DNA of 64,000 nt from the NCBI RefSeq assembly GCF_009914755.1, contig NC_060928.1, one strand, 5' to 3'. Both the position numbers and the translations under genes were made by a program. Numbering within the stretch: the stretch's first letter is position 1; the number at the start of each line of letters is the position of its first letter. Positions 13,971-28,103 of the stretch are shown piece after piece. This DNA comes from the human T2T-CHM13v2.0 reference genome, Homo sapiens. The notes beneath the pieces are model-generated. The model had not been told where the DNA came from, made no database searches, and saw only the letters and a program-made list of their open reading frames with translations.

Positions 13971-14989
13971 CCTCTTGAGTCCAGTGTGGACCCAAACTGA
14001 ATCTATTTTGCTTCTCTTCTTGGTCTTGGTCTTTGCTAATGAGTGGTGCACTTCTTTCTGTTGACTACTCTGACCTTTATGCCAAGCTGGCTGGTTTCCT
14101 GGTGCCCCGCCTTTTTTCTGTCTAGAGTTGAATCTCCTTATTCCCAGCATGTTTCATAGCCAGTGTTGAGAAGTATATACTATCTCACTGTTGTCTTTAA
14201 GCCTTGAGGGAGTGAATAAATAAAAATAAAAGTACATGTTATCTCTGCTGTTCAAATATCTGTCACCTGTTGGAACTACACCTTGCTGATGGATAGGGTG
14301 TTTACAGCTATGAACTTTGTCCTAACTTCCTTCATTCGTCAATCCTCCATCATCCAAGAGGAGTAATGTCACCCCCCCAGTCTTGGAGTGAAGCCAGGGT
14401 ACACAGTAATGTCGTTCTGCTGGACTGCTCACGTGCATTGGAGGGTGACAGCTGGATCCCAGACAGCTGTTGTGTGACTAGCTGAAGTGAGATAATCATG
14501 AGCTGGGAGGAAAGAGGAAATGCTTTCAGGATTCACTGAAGCACAACTTCAAGAAACACAGAAAAACTGGAGCCAATTAGGAAACTCAGGATGACAAGCA
14601 GCTATCAGGAACCAACTTTTTAAACAAAAGCATCAGGCTAAGAAACAGTCACAAACAGCAAAATATCTTTCAGATAGACGTGGCCAGTGGTAATTAAAGC
14701 ACATTTCCTGTGTGCTCAGTTTAGCAAGGACTGCCGAACCATTGAGGATATTTTTGGCTACATGCTCATCCAGATTTCAATGCCTTCTATTTGAAGAGGG
14801 ATGATCAGATGTCTTTCCCCTAATCTATCTGTTTTGCAGGGCATACAGAAGTAGGGCCTTCCAGCCATTCTTTAGGCAGATAAAAAGACTTTAGCAGCTA
14901 GAAGAGAAAGAAACATAGCACATGAGGTTAGTAAGCCAGATAGTTGGGTCAAACAGTGAATGATCTGACAGACTGACACTGAGAGGTTC

Positions 14990-15150
14990 AGTATGTTGTG
15001 GCAATGAGTCAGAGCTGGATTCAAATCCCAACTCTGCAACAATGTGAGGATTTGCCTCCCGGTCATTAAAATGGAGAGAAAGTAGCTCTCATGGCTATCT
15101 AAACATTATAAGAAATAATACATAGTGTGCTCATAACAGATACTTTAAAA
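14990..15150 (+). mobile_element. MIR fragment
   Basis: GAGTCAGAGCTGGATTCAAATCCCAACTCTGC. Confidence 0.55.
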
Positions 15151-15827
15151 ACAATTAGTTCTCTACTTTCTTCTTTATGTGCTAAGGGAAAACAGTCAGA
15201 TATAGAAGTGGGACTTCAGTTATGCCCTTAGCTATGCCATCTATGACTTTCTCTTGTTCAGAGTTTCCTTTCTGATTAAAGAAATGAACACGATGTTGTC
15301 ATAACCTAATTTTGGTATTCTGTTTATAAGTTAACTAGTAAATATTGCAATTACTTTACCATCTATTTCCCTCTGTGAGGACATAAACTTGCATAATGCT
15401 CTCATTTATGGTATACAGTTTTTTTTTAAAGTAAGCTCCAAGTTGAATTTTCCAGCTTGATGTCAGAAAGGGGGAAGGAACATGAACAGGTAAGGTTCTG
15501 AGGGCTTCCCCAACCAGAGCAGCCTTACTTTGAAATATTTCATGTATTGGCCTTTCCATAAGGTTTTTCTACATATAAAGGATCCCATAGCTGAATAATT
15601 AAGTTCAAAAGTCATTCTTCTATAATATGTATGTTCAGGAGAAGACTTGGATAAAAAATCATTAATTTTACACCTTGGGTGAATTAACATGGCCTCCCCT
15701 CTCATTTAGTCTATGCAGGGCCAGAAATTGATACATAGTATGGAAACAGTTCTCTGTCCCTACTAGAAATATTTCTGTAGTGAACTAGCCCCTGAAAAGA
15801 CACAGGGAATAGAAAACATTTCAAGGA

Positions 15828-16095
15828 TACTGAGTTGGGGTTCCCAAGACCACCCTCAGGTTTGATGATTCCCTACGAGGACTCACAGGACTCAACCTAT
15901 AGTGATCCTCGTAGTCATGACTTATTACAGGTAAAAGACACTAAGCCTAATCAACCCGGGAAAAAGATTCAAGCGGCAAAGTCCGGAGGAAACGAGGAGC
16001 AGGCTTTCAAGAGTCTTCTTCCAGAGGAGCCACATAGGATGGGCTTAATTCTCCCAGCAACGAGTTGTGACAGCACGTGAGAAATGTTAGCCCAG
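15828..16095 (-). mobile_element. ERVL-class LTR fragment (MER77/MER21-like)
   Basis: CCCAAGACCACCCTCAGGTTTGATGATTC...GGACTCACAGGACTCA...CTTAATTCTCCCAGCAACGAGTTGTGACA. Confidence 0.8.
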
Positions 16096-17079
16096 AACAA
16101 GTACCAGTTGCCAACTCTGTGTTAGTTGGATTTGTGCTATCACAGGGTATGTTCTCAGGGAATTTTCTCCACATATATTCAAGTAAGCTTTGACTTTATG
16201 TGTTCAATATTCATATAACTTTTACTTTTACAGATTCTATACGATTTTCACAAATTTCCTTTCCTTGGTGGATTTCAGTGTTTCATCCATGATTGGACTG
16301 AGTTAAGCCATCATGTGATGTCTCTAACCTTCTACTAGAGGAGAAGACTCAGGTTCTAAAGAGGCAGAGGGGTGTGTGAGGAAGGAACTGGCGGGCATTA
16401 GGATCTGAGCTGAGGAAGATCTTCCTTCAACTCTTCCTGTGTTCTCTCTCCACCTCCTTGTTTTAGCGAATGGGGCTGCCTTTCAGGATGAGTATGAAGG
16501 GCTATTGCCCAAACTCACCCTCCACGCCACCTCTCAGAAGTCCTCACTCGCCCAAGGGGTGAGAGGTTGGAATGGCATGGCAGGCAGAGCAGTGCATCCC
16601 TAGACACCTTTATATAAGACGTTAAGAGCTATTAAAATGTCATTTAAACTCTGAAGAAGGAACAAGAGCAAGAAAAGCATATACTTAGTTTTGGGGAATG
16701 GATAATATAAAGAATAAACTACCAAATGTCCATTCCACTCAAGTTTATCTATCAATGAAAGTGATATTAATGGTGCAAAGTCCAAATTTGAGAGGAAAAC
16801 AACTGAAGTTCAAAAATAGAGAGGGGAATTGTAAATTTTATGCAACTCTCCTGGTCCTCATGAATTATATTCTCCTGCTTGCAAAGAGCATGGAGTACCT
16901 ACAGGAGAGCTGGGTTTTTGTTTTCTGGTTTTTAGAGATAGACAAAGAGGACAGATATGAAAAGTCTACAGATGGGCAAATGCTGTTTTCATTTTTAAAA
17001 AGTAAAGAATATAGTTATAGCAGACAAAAGACTTCTTATCTTGAGATTCATTCTGAGCAAGATCCTATAGAAGACAACA

Positions 17080-17178
17080 ATAGAAAATTGTGATATTCTA
17101 CTGCATGCCAGGCATTGTTCCCTGTGCTTTACAGATCTTAGCATTTCACGCCCGCAATGGCCTTCTGAGGTAGGTATG
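17080..17178 (-). mobile_element. MIR 3' fragment
   Basis: TGCCAGGCATTGTTC...TGCTTTACA...TGAGGTAGGTAT. Confidence 0.6.
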
Positions 17179-18364
17179 TCTGAGCTTCTCGCTGTGCAAC
17201 TTCCTTACTTAGGGTCTCACCTTCTCCAAATGGGCTAAAGATTTCCCCTCAAAATCACATTCTTCTGCTAGAAAATAATTTTGATCATTACAACTCTTTT
17301 CCACCACATATCATAAAGGATAGGAGTGGGGTGGAGGGAAATGGGCTTCTCTATTAAAAATTATTATTAAAATCCTATTCTGTGTTCTGAATGTGCTTCC
17401 TTTCTCTGGTTCAGACAACCTGAAATTTGCAGGAGGATCACCAAAGAACCAAATCAAGGTTCCCTGAGTAGGGGACAGTTATTGAATCAGCTGGTCTTTC
17501 TGCTGTCCCTATCATCCATGAGACTGGGAAATTGAGCCTGGCCTCTTCCATTCTCAAAAATCAATAGCCTTTCTCCAAGCTTCATCCAGGGTTGAGAAGA
17601 ACGTCCTCATTTTTGAAAATGTTGAGTGTGTAAGGTGCTTGAGCTGGGATTAGGGAGAGACTGTATAAACCTGTGTTTATTCTGAATATCAGCCTATTTC
17701 ATACCATTCGTCCAGGTCCATGTAATTCCTGGTTCAAGTATTTATTCTTTCACGTAATGTGCCTGTTCTTATGTAAACCAAGATTGATGGAGAGAGCTCT
17801 GGGTAGCTATGTCTGTTTCTCAGATACAGTCCTCTTTTTCTCATGGTCATTTGCAGTTCTGAGATCCTAATTCTATTCTCTTAGCTTTATGCTATTTCCT
17901 GGAACTCTGGGGTTACATCTGACAAGGGACAATATGGTCCTGTCCTACTTTACCAAGAACTTCTTCCTTGCTGATCAAATTTTCTCTAGAACAGTAATTC
18001 TCTTCATGGTTTCCTTCACCATCTGAAACTTGATACAGACAACAGACTAGGTTAAAACATTTTTTCTTTCTTTTGTTTTTCCAGCTGAATGGGATTTTCA
18101 AAAACTATACATATGCTCAAATTTTAACTTTATTGTAATCAGTTTGAGTGAGTTGTTTGTTATTTGTTTTGTGGTTTTTATGTATAAATATGAAAGAGCA
18201 AGAGAATAGGGGAAAGTAAGTGAGAAAGATATTTCATTGCTTTTGTTTGGTTGGAAATGATGCTATTTTACTCGTTATTATATATGAGTATTGCAAAAAA
18301 GACTGCCTAAAAAGGCATGCTGAAAAATCAGAAGAACTCAGTTTTTTAGCTCCTGTAAGGACAG

Positions 18365-18560
18365 AATAAGGTAATGGTTGAGAGCATAAGCTCCAGAGTT
18401 TGACAAGCCTGGCTTTCAGTGCTGGCTTCTACACTTACCCACTCTATGACTTAGTGACTTTAGTCTTTCTCACACACAATTTATTGAAATATCTCATTGT
18501 GAGGTGGCAATTATGTAATTCATAAAACATAGTAAACACCTTAAAATGGTAGTTGTTATT
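18365..18560 (+). mobile_element. MIR
   Basis: GTAATGGTTGAGAGCATAAGCTCCAGAG...CACTTAC. Confidence 0.65.
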
Positions 18561-19328
18561 TTAGTAGGAACTAGATAAATCCTTGCATTATTTTGGGGCT
18601 AGCCTCATGAATAACAAGAGTAGGCTTTGCAGTCTAATTTGAGTTACGCCCTCATGATCCGCTTGCTCATCCTCCCACTGGTCTTCAGGAAGTAAGGCTC
18701 TTGAATCTAGTTTATTAAATAAGCTGGATTCAATAGGGTGCAAGCAAAATACAACTTTTTTCCTCTTGCCACTGTCTCTTCGAACCTACACTCTCAACTT
18801 GTTCTTTCTCTACCTCTGAGTGAATATTGGACAGAACTCATAGTTCACATGATTACTATTAAGTAATAAGGCACTAATAAATAAGTAAAAACCTAATGTT
18901 ATCCCAAAATCACATAAGTCTAAACTTATTCCGTTTAAATCTCCCTCACACCAGCTCAGGTCTCCTTCAGGTTTCCAAGCTGTGGAGGTGGAGAATGGCC
19001 GCTGGCTGCTGCTTTATTTCCTTTCTTTGTTTTTCATTAAAGCCTGACAGCAAGAAGGAAAGATTGAGCCAGTGTTAGCTCCCAACATCTCAATTCAAAT
19101 GTTATTAAATTAGCTCTCAACTCCTGACTTCCCCATGGCAGCCTCAGCGGGCATCACTGATTCCCTCTAGCTATGGGTACTGTTTTACCCATTTTGGCAA
19201 GGAGAGAAAGAGTAGGGACCTCAGCCTCATCAGTCTGACTCCCCTCTGCCCAGGGCCTTAGCCAGGCTGGTATTTGGGGGTAGCCATGGCAATGGGCTGA
19301 GTGGCTTGTTGTGGCTAGGTGTCACAGA

Positions 19329-19470
19329 CAGGACAGGCTACATAATTTGTGGAGTCATTTGCAAAATGAAAATTCAGGATCCTTGTTCAAAAATTATTAG
19401 GAATTTTAAGGCAGTGACAGGAGAGCATTAAGCCAAGCTCTGGACAGGTCACATGCCTCTGAACTGTACC
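19329..19470. mobile_element. MER45A-like hAT element
   Basis: GGCTACATAATTTGTGG...TGCAAAATGAAAAT...CCTTGTTCAAAAATTATTAGGAATTT...AGAGCATTAAGCCAAGC. Confidence 0.8.
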
Positions 19471-20536
19471 CATAGTTAGAGAGAATCATCTCTAATCATT
19501 AAACAAATCCAGGAGAATGTGTGACAGGAAATCAAGTGAAGAATTAGGGTTCTGTTTCCAGGCAGGAGTGGAGACTAAGAGCAAAGTCCAGAGCTGGAAC
19601 AATATAAGTAGGTGATTCAAGAAGAGGCTGAAGGATTCCCAGAAAGAGACCTGATGGCGCTGGCTAGTTCATAAGCCACAAACTTGTGATGTTATCTACA
19701 CCAGTGTGCAGAGTGCCTGGGTGAGACACCTGCACAAAGCTCTGCAAGCTACCAGTGCACAGAGTGAGGGGCAGCTTTCCTCTAGACCCGGCCCAGGAGC
19801 CCTGCCTCTATTTCCCCGTGAGCACAGCGTCTCCGATCAGGGTCCCTCATCAAAGCCCCAGCAAATTTTCTTGTGGGAGAAGACAATGTTCAGTGGTGAA
19901 AGACTGATGAAGCAGTACAGAAAGAAAGGTCCCAGATGTACCAACTCCTTAAGAATAGTCAGCAGATCATAATGCATTGAACTTCAGACTTCCAAAGCAA
20001 GTCTGCATCCATTGTTTCATGGACATAATATCTGTGCCCATAGAATCACAAGGCTGAGTTTCAGTGAAAACACATCTGGTAGATGAGCGCATCAGAGCCC
20101 TCTTTCTGAGAGACAAAATGTAGGAAGACTGGCCATTGGCCGCCACAACCTCCTTGAGCTTTGAATCAGCTCTGGGCCCCACTCTGCCCTGTGGGCACCT
20201 GGCAGTTGTCTAACCACTGACCTTCAGCTTCACCACAGCTTGGTTTCCCTCTCCTTGATACTATTTCTTAGCCAGGAAGAGAAAGTGCAAGGAAGGGGAT
20301 GGACATTAATCTGCAAGATTAGTGAGACCCTTCTCTCAACAGTAGATGTCAGCTATTTCGTAGAAGTGAAAATGCCTGCCTAAATACTAAAATGCTGTAT
20401 GTGAGTTGTTTTGATCTGCAATGTCCTGCCATGTCACTGTGGCTAAGATTACTTCAAAACGGTCAACTGATGTGAAAAAAAAAAAAATCAATGGCTTCTC
20501 TACAATGTAATCCAAATACTTGTCACTTATAACAAT

Positions 20537-20834
20537 TTTTTTTTTTTGTTAAGATAGAGTCTCACTCTGTCACCCAGGCTGGAGTGCAGTGGTGCGATCT
20601 AAGCTCACTGCAACCTCCACCTTCTGGGTTTTCAAGCAATTCTCTCACCTTAGCCTCCTGAGTAGCTGGGATTACAGGTGTGTACCACCACACCTGGCTA
20701 ATTTTTGTATTTTTTGTAGAGACAGGGTTTCACCATATTGACCAGGCTGGTCTCGAACTCCTGACCTCAAGTTATTCACCCGCCTCAGCCTCCCAAAGTG
20801 CTGGGATTACAGATGTGAGCCACTGCACCTGGCC
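20537..20834 (-). mobile_element. Alu SINE (AluSz/Sx-like)
   Basis: poly-T plus antisense dimer with CTGACCTCAAG. Confidence 0.96.
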
Positions 20835-20875
20835 TGTAACTCCTTTTTTTCTTTTTTTGTTTTTAATTTCTCCTA

Positions 20876-23800
20876 GGGAGCAGCCAAAATGGCCAAACAG
20901 AAACAGCTCCCCTCTGTGGCTCCCACCAAGAAGGATGAAAAGGGCGAGTGAATTCTGCATCTTCAATTGAGGTACCAAGGTTCTCTCATTGGGACTGATT
21001 GGGGAGATGGCATGATTCACAGAGAGTAAGGAAAAGCAGGGTGGAGCAAGGGCCCACCCAGTAGCTGCATGGGGCAAACGGAGCTCCCTCCCCAAGCCAA
21101 GGGAGGAGGTGAGGGATTGTGCTACTCCTCCCTGAAAACCATGCTTTCCCATGGATCGTGCAACCCACAGATTAGGATGTCCCCTCGTGAGTCCACACCA
21201 CCAGGGCCTTGGGTCCCAAGCACAGAGCTATGCAGACTCACAGCAGCTGCTCGGGTGGGCAGCAGCTCAGTAGGCACTGAGACAGGAGTTTTTGCATACT
21301 CAGGCTCTGGGAACTCCGGTGATGCAGGAGATCCGTCCACTGCGGTGGGAAGGAGGCTGAAGCCAGGGAGCCAAGTTGCCTCTCTGAGCGGGCCTCACTC
21401 CCAAAGAACCCCACAAGCTAAACCCACTGGCTTGGAATCCCCTCTGGCCAGCGCAGCAGGCTGGAGACTGCCTAAGAAGACCGAGTTCGGGGGGAGGGGT
21501 GGCCACCATCACTGAACTCTCCACCCCAAAACAACAGAATATACATTATTTTCAAGGCCACATGGTACTTGCTCTATAATTGATCACATAATTGGAAGTA
21601 AATCACTCCTGACCAAATGCAAAAGAACTGAAATCATAACAAACAATCTCTCAGACCACAGCACAATCAAATTAGAACTCAAGGTTAAGAAACTCACTCT
21701 AAACCACACAACTACATGAAAATTGAACAATCTGCTCCTGAATGACTCATGGGTAAATAAAAAAATGTTGGCAGAAATCAAGTTCTTTGAAACCAATGAG
21801 AACAAAGAGACCATGTACCAGCATCTCTGGGACACAGCTATAGCAGAGTTAAGAGGGAAATTTATAGCACTAAATGCCAACATCAAAAAGCTAGAAAAAT
21901 CTCAAGCTAACAACCTAACATCTCAACTAAAAGAACTAGAGAACCAAGAGCAAACAAACCCCAAACCTAGCAGAAGACAAGAAATAACCAAGCTCAGAGC
22001 AGAACTGAAGGAGACAGAGACATGAAAAACCCTTCCAAAAAAATCAATGAATCCAGGAGCAGGGTTTTTGAAAAAATTAAAATGGACTATGAGCTAGACT
22101 AATAAAGAGGAAAAGAAAAAGGAATCAAATAGATACAATAAAAATGATAAAAAGGATATCACCACTGACCCCACAGAAATACAGACAACCAGCAGAGAAT
22201 ATTATAAACAGCTCTATGCAAATAAAGTAGAAAGTCTAGAAGAAATTGATCAATTCCTGGACACATACACCCTCCCAAGACAGAACCTTGAAGAAGTTGA
22301 ATCCCTGAAGAGACCAATAGCAAGTTCTGAAATTGAGGCAGTAATAAATAGCCTACCAACCAATAAAAGCCCAGGACCAGATGAATTTATAGCTGAATTC
22401 TACCAGAAGTACAAAGAGGAGCTGATATCCTTTCTTCTGAAACTATTCTAAACAATTGAAAAGAACAGACTCTTCCCTAACTCGTTATATGAAGCCAGCA
22501 TCATCCTGATACCAAAAGCTTGCAGAGCTACAACAAAAAAAGAAAACTTCAAGTCAATATCCCTGATCAACATCAATGCAAAAATTCTCCACAAAATACT
22601 GGCAAACTGAATACAGCAGCACATCAAAAAGCTTATCTGCCGCAATCAAGTTGGCTTCATCCCTGGGATGCAAGGCTGGTTCAACATATGCAAATCAATA
22701 AACATAATCCATCACATAAACAAATCTAAAGACAAAAACCACATGATTATCTCAATAGATGCAAAAAAAAAAGGTCTTCAATAAAAGCCAACAACCCTTC
22801 ATGTTAAAAACTCTCAATAAACTAGGCATTGAAGGAACATACCTCAAAATAATAAGAGCCATTTATGACAAACCCACAGCCAATATTATACTGAATGGGC
22901 AAAAGCTGAAAGCATTCCCATTGAAAACCGGTAAATGACAAGGATGCCCTCTCTCACCACTCCTATTCAACATAGGTATTTGGAAGTTCTGGCCAGGGCA
23001 ATCAGGCAAGAGAAAGAAATAAAGCGTATTTGAATAGGAAGAGAGGAAGTCAAATTATCTTTGTTTGCAGATGACATGATCCTATATCTGGAAAACCCCA
23101 TCGTCTCAGCCCAAAAGCTTCTTAAGCTGATAAGCAACTTCAGCAGTCTCAGGATACAAAATCAATGTGCAAAAGTCACAAGCATTCCTATACACCAACA
23201 ACAGGCAAGCAGAGAGCCAAATCATGAATAAACTCCCATTCACAATTGCTACAAGTAGAATAAAATACCTAGGATACAGCTAACAAGGGAAGTGAAGTAC
23301 CTCTTCAAGGAGAACTAAAAACCATTGCTCAAATAAATCAGAGAGGACACAAACAAATGGAAATACATTCCATGCTCATGGATAGGAAGAATTAATATCA
23401 TGGAAATGGTCATACTGCCCAAAGTAATTTATAGATCCAATGATATTCCCATTAAACTACCATTAACATTCTTCACAGAATTAGAAAAAACTATTTAAAA
23501 TTCATATGGAACCAATAAAGAACTTGTATTGCCAAGACCATCCTAAGCATAAAGAACATTAGCATAAAGAACAAAGCTGGAGGCATCATGCTACTGGACT
23601 TCAAACTATGCTACAAGGCTACAGTAACCAAAACAGCATGGTGCTGGTACAAATACAGACACATAGACCAATGGAACAGAATAGAGAACTCATAAATAAG
23701 ACCACACATCTACAACCATCTGATCTTCGACAAACCTGACAAAAACAAGCAACGGGGAAAGGATTCCCTATTTAATAAATGGTGCTGGGAAAACTGGCTA

Positions 23801-25029
23801 GCCACATGCAGAAAATTAAAACTGGACCCCTTCCTTACACATTACACAAAAATTAGCTCAAAATCGATTAAGACTTAAATTTAAAACCCAAAATGATAAA
23901 AACAAAAACCCTAGAAGAAAGTCTAGACAATACCATTCAGGACATAGGCACTGGCAAAGATTTCATGACAAAATCGCCAAAAGCAATTGCAACAAAAGCA
24001 AAAATTGACAATTAGGATCTAATTAAACGAAAGAGCTTCTGCACAGTAAAAGAAACTACCATCAGAGCAAACAGGTAACCTTCAGAGAGGGAGAAAATTT
24101 TTGCAATCTATCTATCTGACAAAGGTCTAATATCCAGAATCTACAAGGAACTTAAACAAATTTACAAGAAAAAAACAAATGGCCCCATTAAAAAGTGGGC
24201 AAAGGACATGAATAGACACTTCTCAAAAGAAGACATTCATGTGGCCAACAAACATTTAAACAAAAGCTCAACATCACTGATCATTAGATAAATGCAAACC
24301 TAAACCCCAATGAGATACCATCTCACTTCATTCAGAATGGCATTTATTAAAAAGTCAAGAAATGACAGATGCTGGCAAAGTTCTGGAGAAATAGGAATGC
24401 TTTTACACTGTTGGTGGGAATGTAAACTAGTTCAACCATTGTGGAAGACAGTGTAGTGATTCCTGAAAGATCTAGAACCAGAAATACCATCTGACTCAGC
24501 AATTCTATTATTGAGTATATACCCAAAGGAATATAAATCATTCTATTACAAAGATACATGCACACGTGTGTTCATTGCAGCACTATCCACAATAGCAAAG
24601 ACATGGAATCGACCCAAATGCCCATCAGTTAGACTGAATGAAGAAAATGTGATACATATACACCATGGAATACTACGCAGCCATAAAAAGGAACAAGATC
24701 ATGCTTTTTGCAGGGACATGGATGGGTGCTGGAAGCCATTACGCTCAGCAAACTAACGCAGGAACAGAAACCAAACCCCACATTATTCTCACTTACAAGT
24801 GGAAGCTGAACAATGAGAACATATGGACACAGGAAGGGGAACAATACACACTGGGGCCTGTCAGGGGGTGGGGTGGGGGAGGAAGAGCATTAGGAAAGAT
24901 AACTAATGCATGCTGGGCTTAGGCAATGGGTTGATAGGTGCAGCAAACCACCATGGCACATGTTTACATATGTAACAAAGCTGCACATCCTGTACATGTA
25001 CCCGGAACTTAAAATAAAAATTAAAAAGA
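20876..25029 (+). mobile_element. L1PA10/11-like LINE with both ends but lacking ORF1 (5'UTR fused to ORF2)
   Basis: 5'UTR start GGGAGCAGCCAAAATGGCC; junction at 21514/21515 into ORF2 endonuclease sequence; disrupted ORF2; 3'UTR and poly-A; TSD AATTTCTCCT(A/G)GG at 20865-20877 and 25030-25042. Confidence 0.92.
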
Positions 25030-25288
25030 AATTTCTCCTGGGCTGACACCTTTAAGTCTAATATTGTTTATTTATGTAATTGTTCTCAATATAGATATTT
25101 AATAATTTTAAAAATTGTGTTTAAATACTATGTTGTCATTAATATGTTTTAAAACCTGTTAAAGGGAGACAAAATTATCCCAATATTGTAAAAAGAAAAT
25201 GATTTATGTATGAGAACTTATAAATAATTATATAATTTTAGTGTTAAATAATATAATACAATAAAATGATATAATTAATATAGCATGT

Positions 25289-25297
25289 TACACACAT

Positions 25298-25330
<33 letters not shown>
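25289..25330. repeat. (CA)n microsatellite
   Basis: CA dinucleotide run with one interruption. Confidence 0.97.
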
Positions 25331-25332
<2 letters not shown>

Positions 25333-25339
25333 GTTTAAA

Positions 25340-25480
25340 GAAGGAGAAAAAGAAGATTGAGAGAAAATCCACCAAAAAATTATAGTAATTATCTGGGTAG
25401 TCGAACTGGAGATGGTTTTTATTTTCTTCTTTACATTTTTCTGTTTTTCAAATGTTTTATATTTATAAAACTTTGCATAT
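25340..25480 (+). mobile_element. L1ME 3'UTR fragment
   Basis: CACCAAAAAATTATAGTAATTATCTGGGTAG...TTTTTATTTTCTTCTTT. Confidence 0.55.
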
Positions 25481-25619
25481 CATCAGAGGAGACAAATCAT
25501 TATTTTTAAATGTCCCTTGGGAGCCAATAACACGTTTATTTAAACATTTCCAGGCTTTAAAAAACACTCCTTTAATATAGCCATGACATTTTCTTGCAAT
25601 ATGCATGTTCACACAACTT

Positions 25620-25735
25620 CTTTCCCCGCTAGACTTTATTATCTTAACATCTGTGATTTACTTGTTTTTATATTCCTACCTACTCAGCTATTTAGTACAC
25701 ATAGTAAATGCTCAGTAAATGTTTGTAGGATAAGA
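25620..25735 (+). mobile_element. L2 3' end
   Basis: CACATAGTAAATGCTCAGTAAATGTTTGT. Confidence 0.6.
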
Positions 25736-26350
25736 TAATACACATTTATGAGTAAATGCAACTAGGTCATTTTAAAATTCAGACTTAGTTAAATAACTCT
25801 ACTTTTGTTGCCTTTTCCCCAAGCTTATCGGTTCATTTTCCATACTAATTTTAAGCAAAATTTAAACTCTTTCCAAAACATTTAATTTTATTTTCATAAA
25901 ACAATACCCTTTTCTTTGTGTAATCATTTCTTCTTTGGTTTCCCCAGTATTCTATTAAATTACATAGTTCTAATAACGAGTTCAACTGGCATGAACAGGC
26001 TAAGTTTCCAAACAGCAGACTATTGGGGAGTATATGCCTCAGTGGTGGCAGAAGTGAGGGAGTGAACTAGAAAGTGGCACAAGGGCAGTAATGGTCCAGC
26101 ATCCAAGGGACATTTGTGTGGGTTATTGTTTTTGAAAAACTGGAGCAAGTAAGCAAAGCGGAGTTCAGTTAAAAGAGCTCTGACTTGCTTGCATCAGGTC
26201 ACCTGCTTTGCCTACAGGATTCTTTTGAGAGCACGAGCACCTGTGCATTATGAGCATTTGCTCTTGCTTTTTGGAAGCAAAATGAAATGGCTGAAAAACA
26301 AGAAATGGAAGAAACTAAACTAAACAGAAGAAATAAGAGCTCAGATCATT

Positions 26351-26385
26351 TGTGTGTGTGTGTGTGTGTGTGTGTTTGTGTGTGT
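26351..26385. repeat. (TG)n microsatellite
   Basis: TG run with one interruption. Confidence 0.95.
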
Positions 26386-26543
26386 TTCTGGCAACTGAAA
26401 GAGTTAAATTTTGGAAAAACAAATCAATTAGATGTAAGAGGGAAAAAAACTTCTAGTCACTTTGTTACAAAAATATCCCACATTCTGGGAAACTAGCCCA
26501 AAACCTAGGAAGATTTGGACTTCATGTTAGACAAGCAGCATCA

Positions 26544-26919
<376 letters not shown>

Positions 26920-28103
26920 GAAAATAAACAGGGAGGTCAGAAATCATAACTTGAGTTTATGTCTAAATTACCATCTTAAATATAGTGTTTGCATGTTTAG
27001 GTTTAAATCATTTGATAGATATTTCCCCCAAAAAATAACAGTTTAGTTACAACTTTGATTAAGAGCTTAAGCCTTACTGTTTGAATTCTGTAACCATCCT
27101 AGTACTCCTAGAATATGTACCCCATCAACACTTCAGAATTCTGATGAGTAAATAAAACTAAACCTAGATATAAACCTAGGTACAGAGCAATCATAAACAT
27201 CATAATTACACACACATGTATTTATATGTGAAAATTCAAAGATTAAAATTGTTTATCCATTCCTTCACTTGAGTTAAGGAGAATCTCAGGAAAAGTGTCT
27301 TCATTTAACACTGAGCTGAATTTGCTTATTTTTCCTTTGCTGTACCTAGCATTTTCCTTGATTATATATTATTAAGTTATATTATTAGAGATTGTTTAGA
27401 GTATTGAAGAAGTGTTTTGAAAGACAAATTATTTTCTAATGAAATCAGCACTATTTCTTGCAGCAGATTACTGGATATTGCAGATGTGACTCATAAAATA
27501 CCTGTCAACAGATGAGGAAAGAAATCTAATTGTGTAAAGGGTAGAAGGTACATATATCTTGTTTTCTAAAAAGAGACTATATAATGTTCAGAAGAAGTTT
27601 TAAGACCTCTATGTAAAGCAAGGTGCTATTTTAGTAATGATATATACATAAAGTAATTTAAAATCAACCATTAAATCATATACCAACATATTTGGACAAC
27701 TCATCTGACCTATACTAGTTCTAAAGAAAAATGTACAATATAGTCATGGTTGTTTCCGTGTCTAGAAAAATGTGAAAAAATCCAAATGTCAATATTTGAT
27801 AGATTTACTCTGCTGATATGATGTTTGCTCTACAAAGAAGTGGGACAATAATAAACATTGCTAGTAATAAGATATGGTTGAAATTTGTTTTAATATTTAC
27901 TCTTAACATTTTATCTATCCTTTCCTTATTGTGTTCTATCTTTTTTCTTTCTTTACTTTTTCTTTCATCACAATGCAAACTCTATAAAAACAGACACTTA
28001 TCCTCAGAAACTGTGCTTTCTTTTATACTTTACCTTGAAGTAATAATTAATGCCATTTAGACATGTAATCAACTTTTTTCTTTATTCAAAAATACCCTCC
28101 TTA

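Noticed and set aside
14840-14930. Acceptor (CTAATCTATCTGTTTTGCAG) with GTTAGT/GTAAGC donors
   Set aside because: Stops in all three frames; a non-coding exon cannot be supported from sequence alone
19706-20182. GC-richer unique block with opposing ORFs
   Set aside because: No identifiable homology, poly-A or TSD for a processed pseudogene
23546-23573. AGCATAAAGAACA micro-duplication in L1 ORF2
   Set aside because: Ordinary slippage in a dead element
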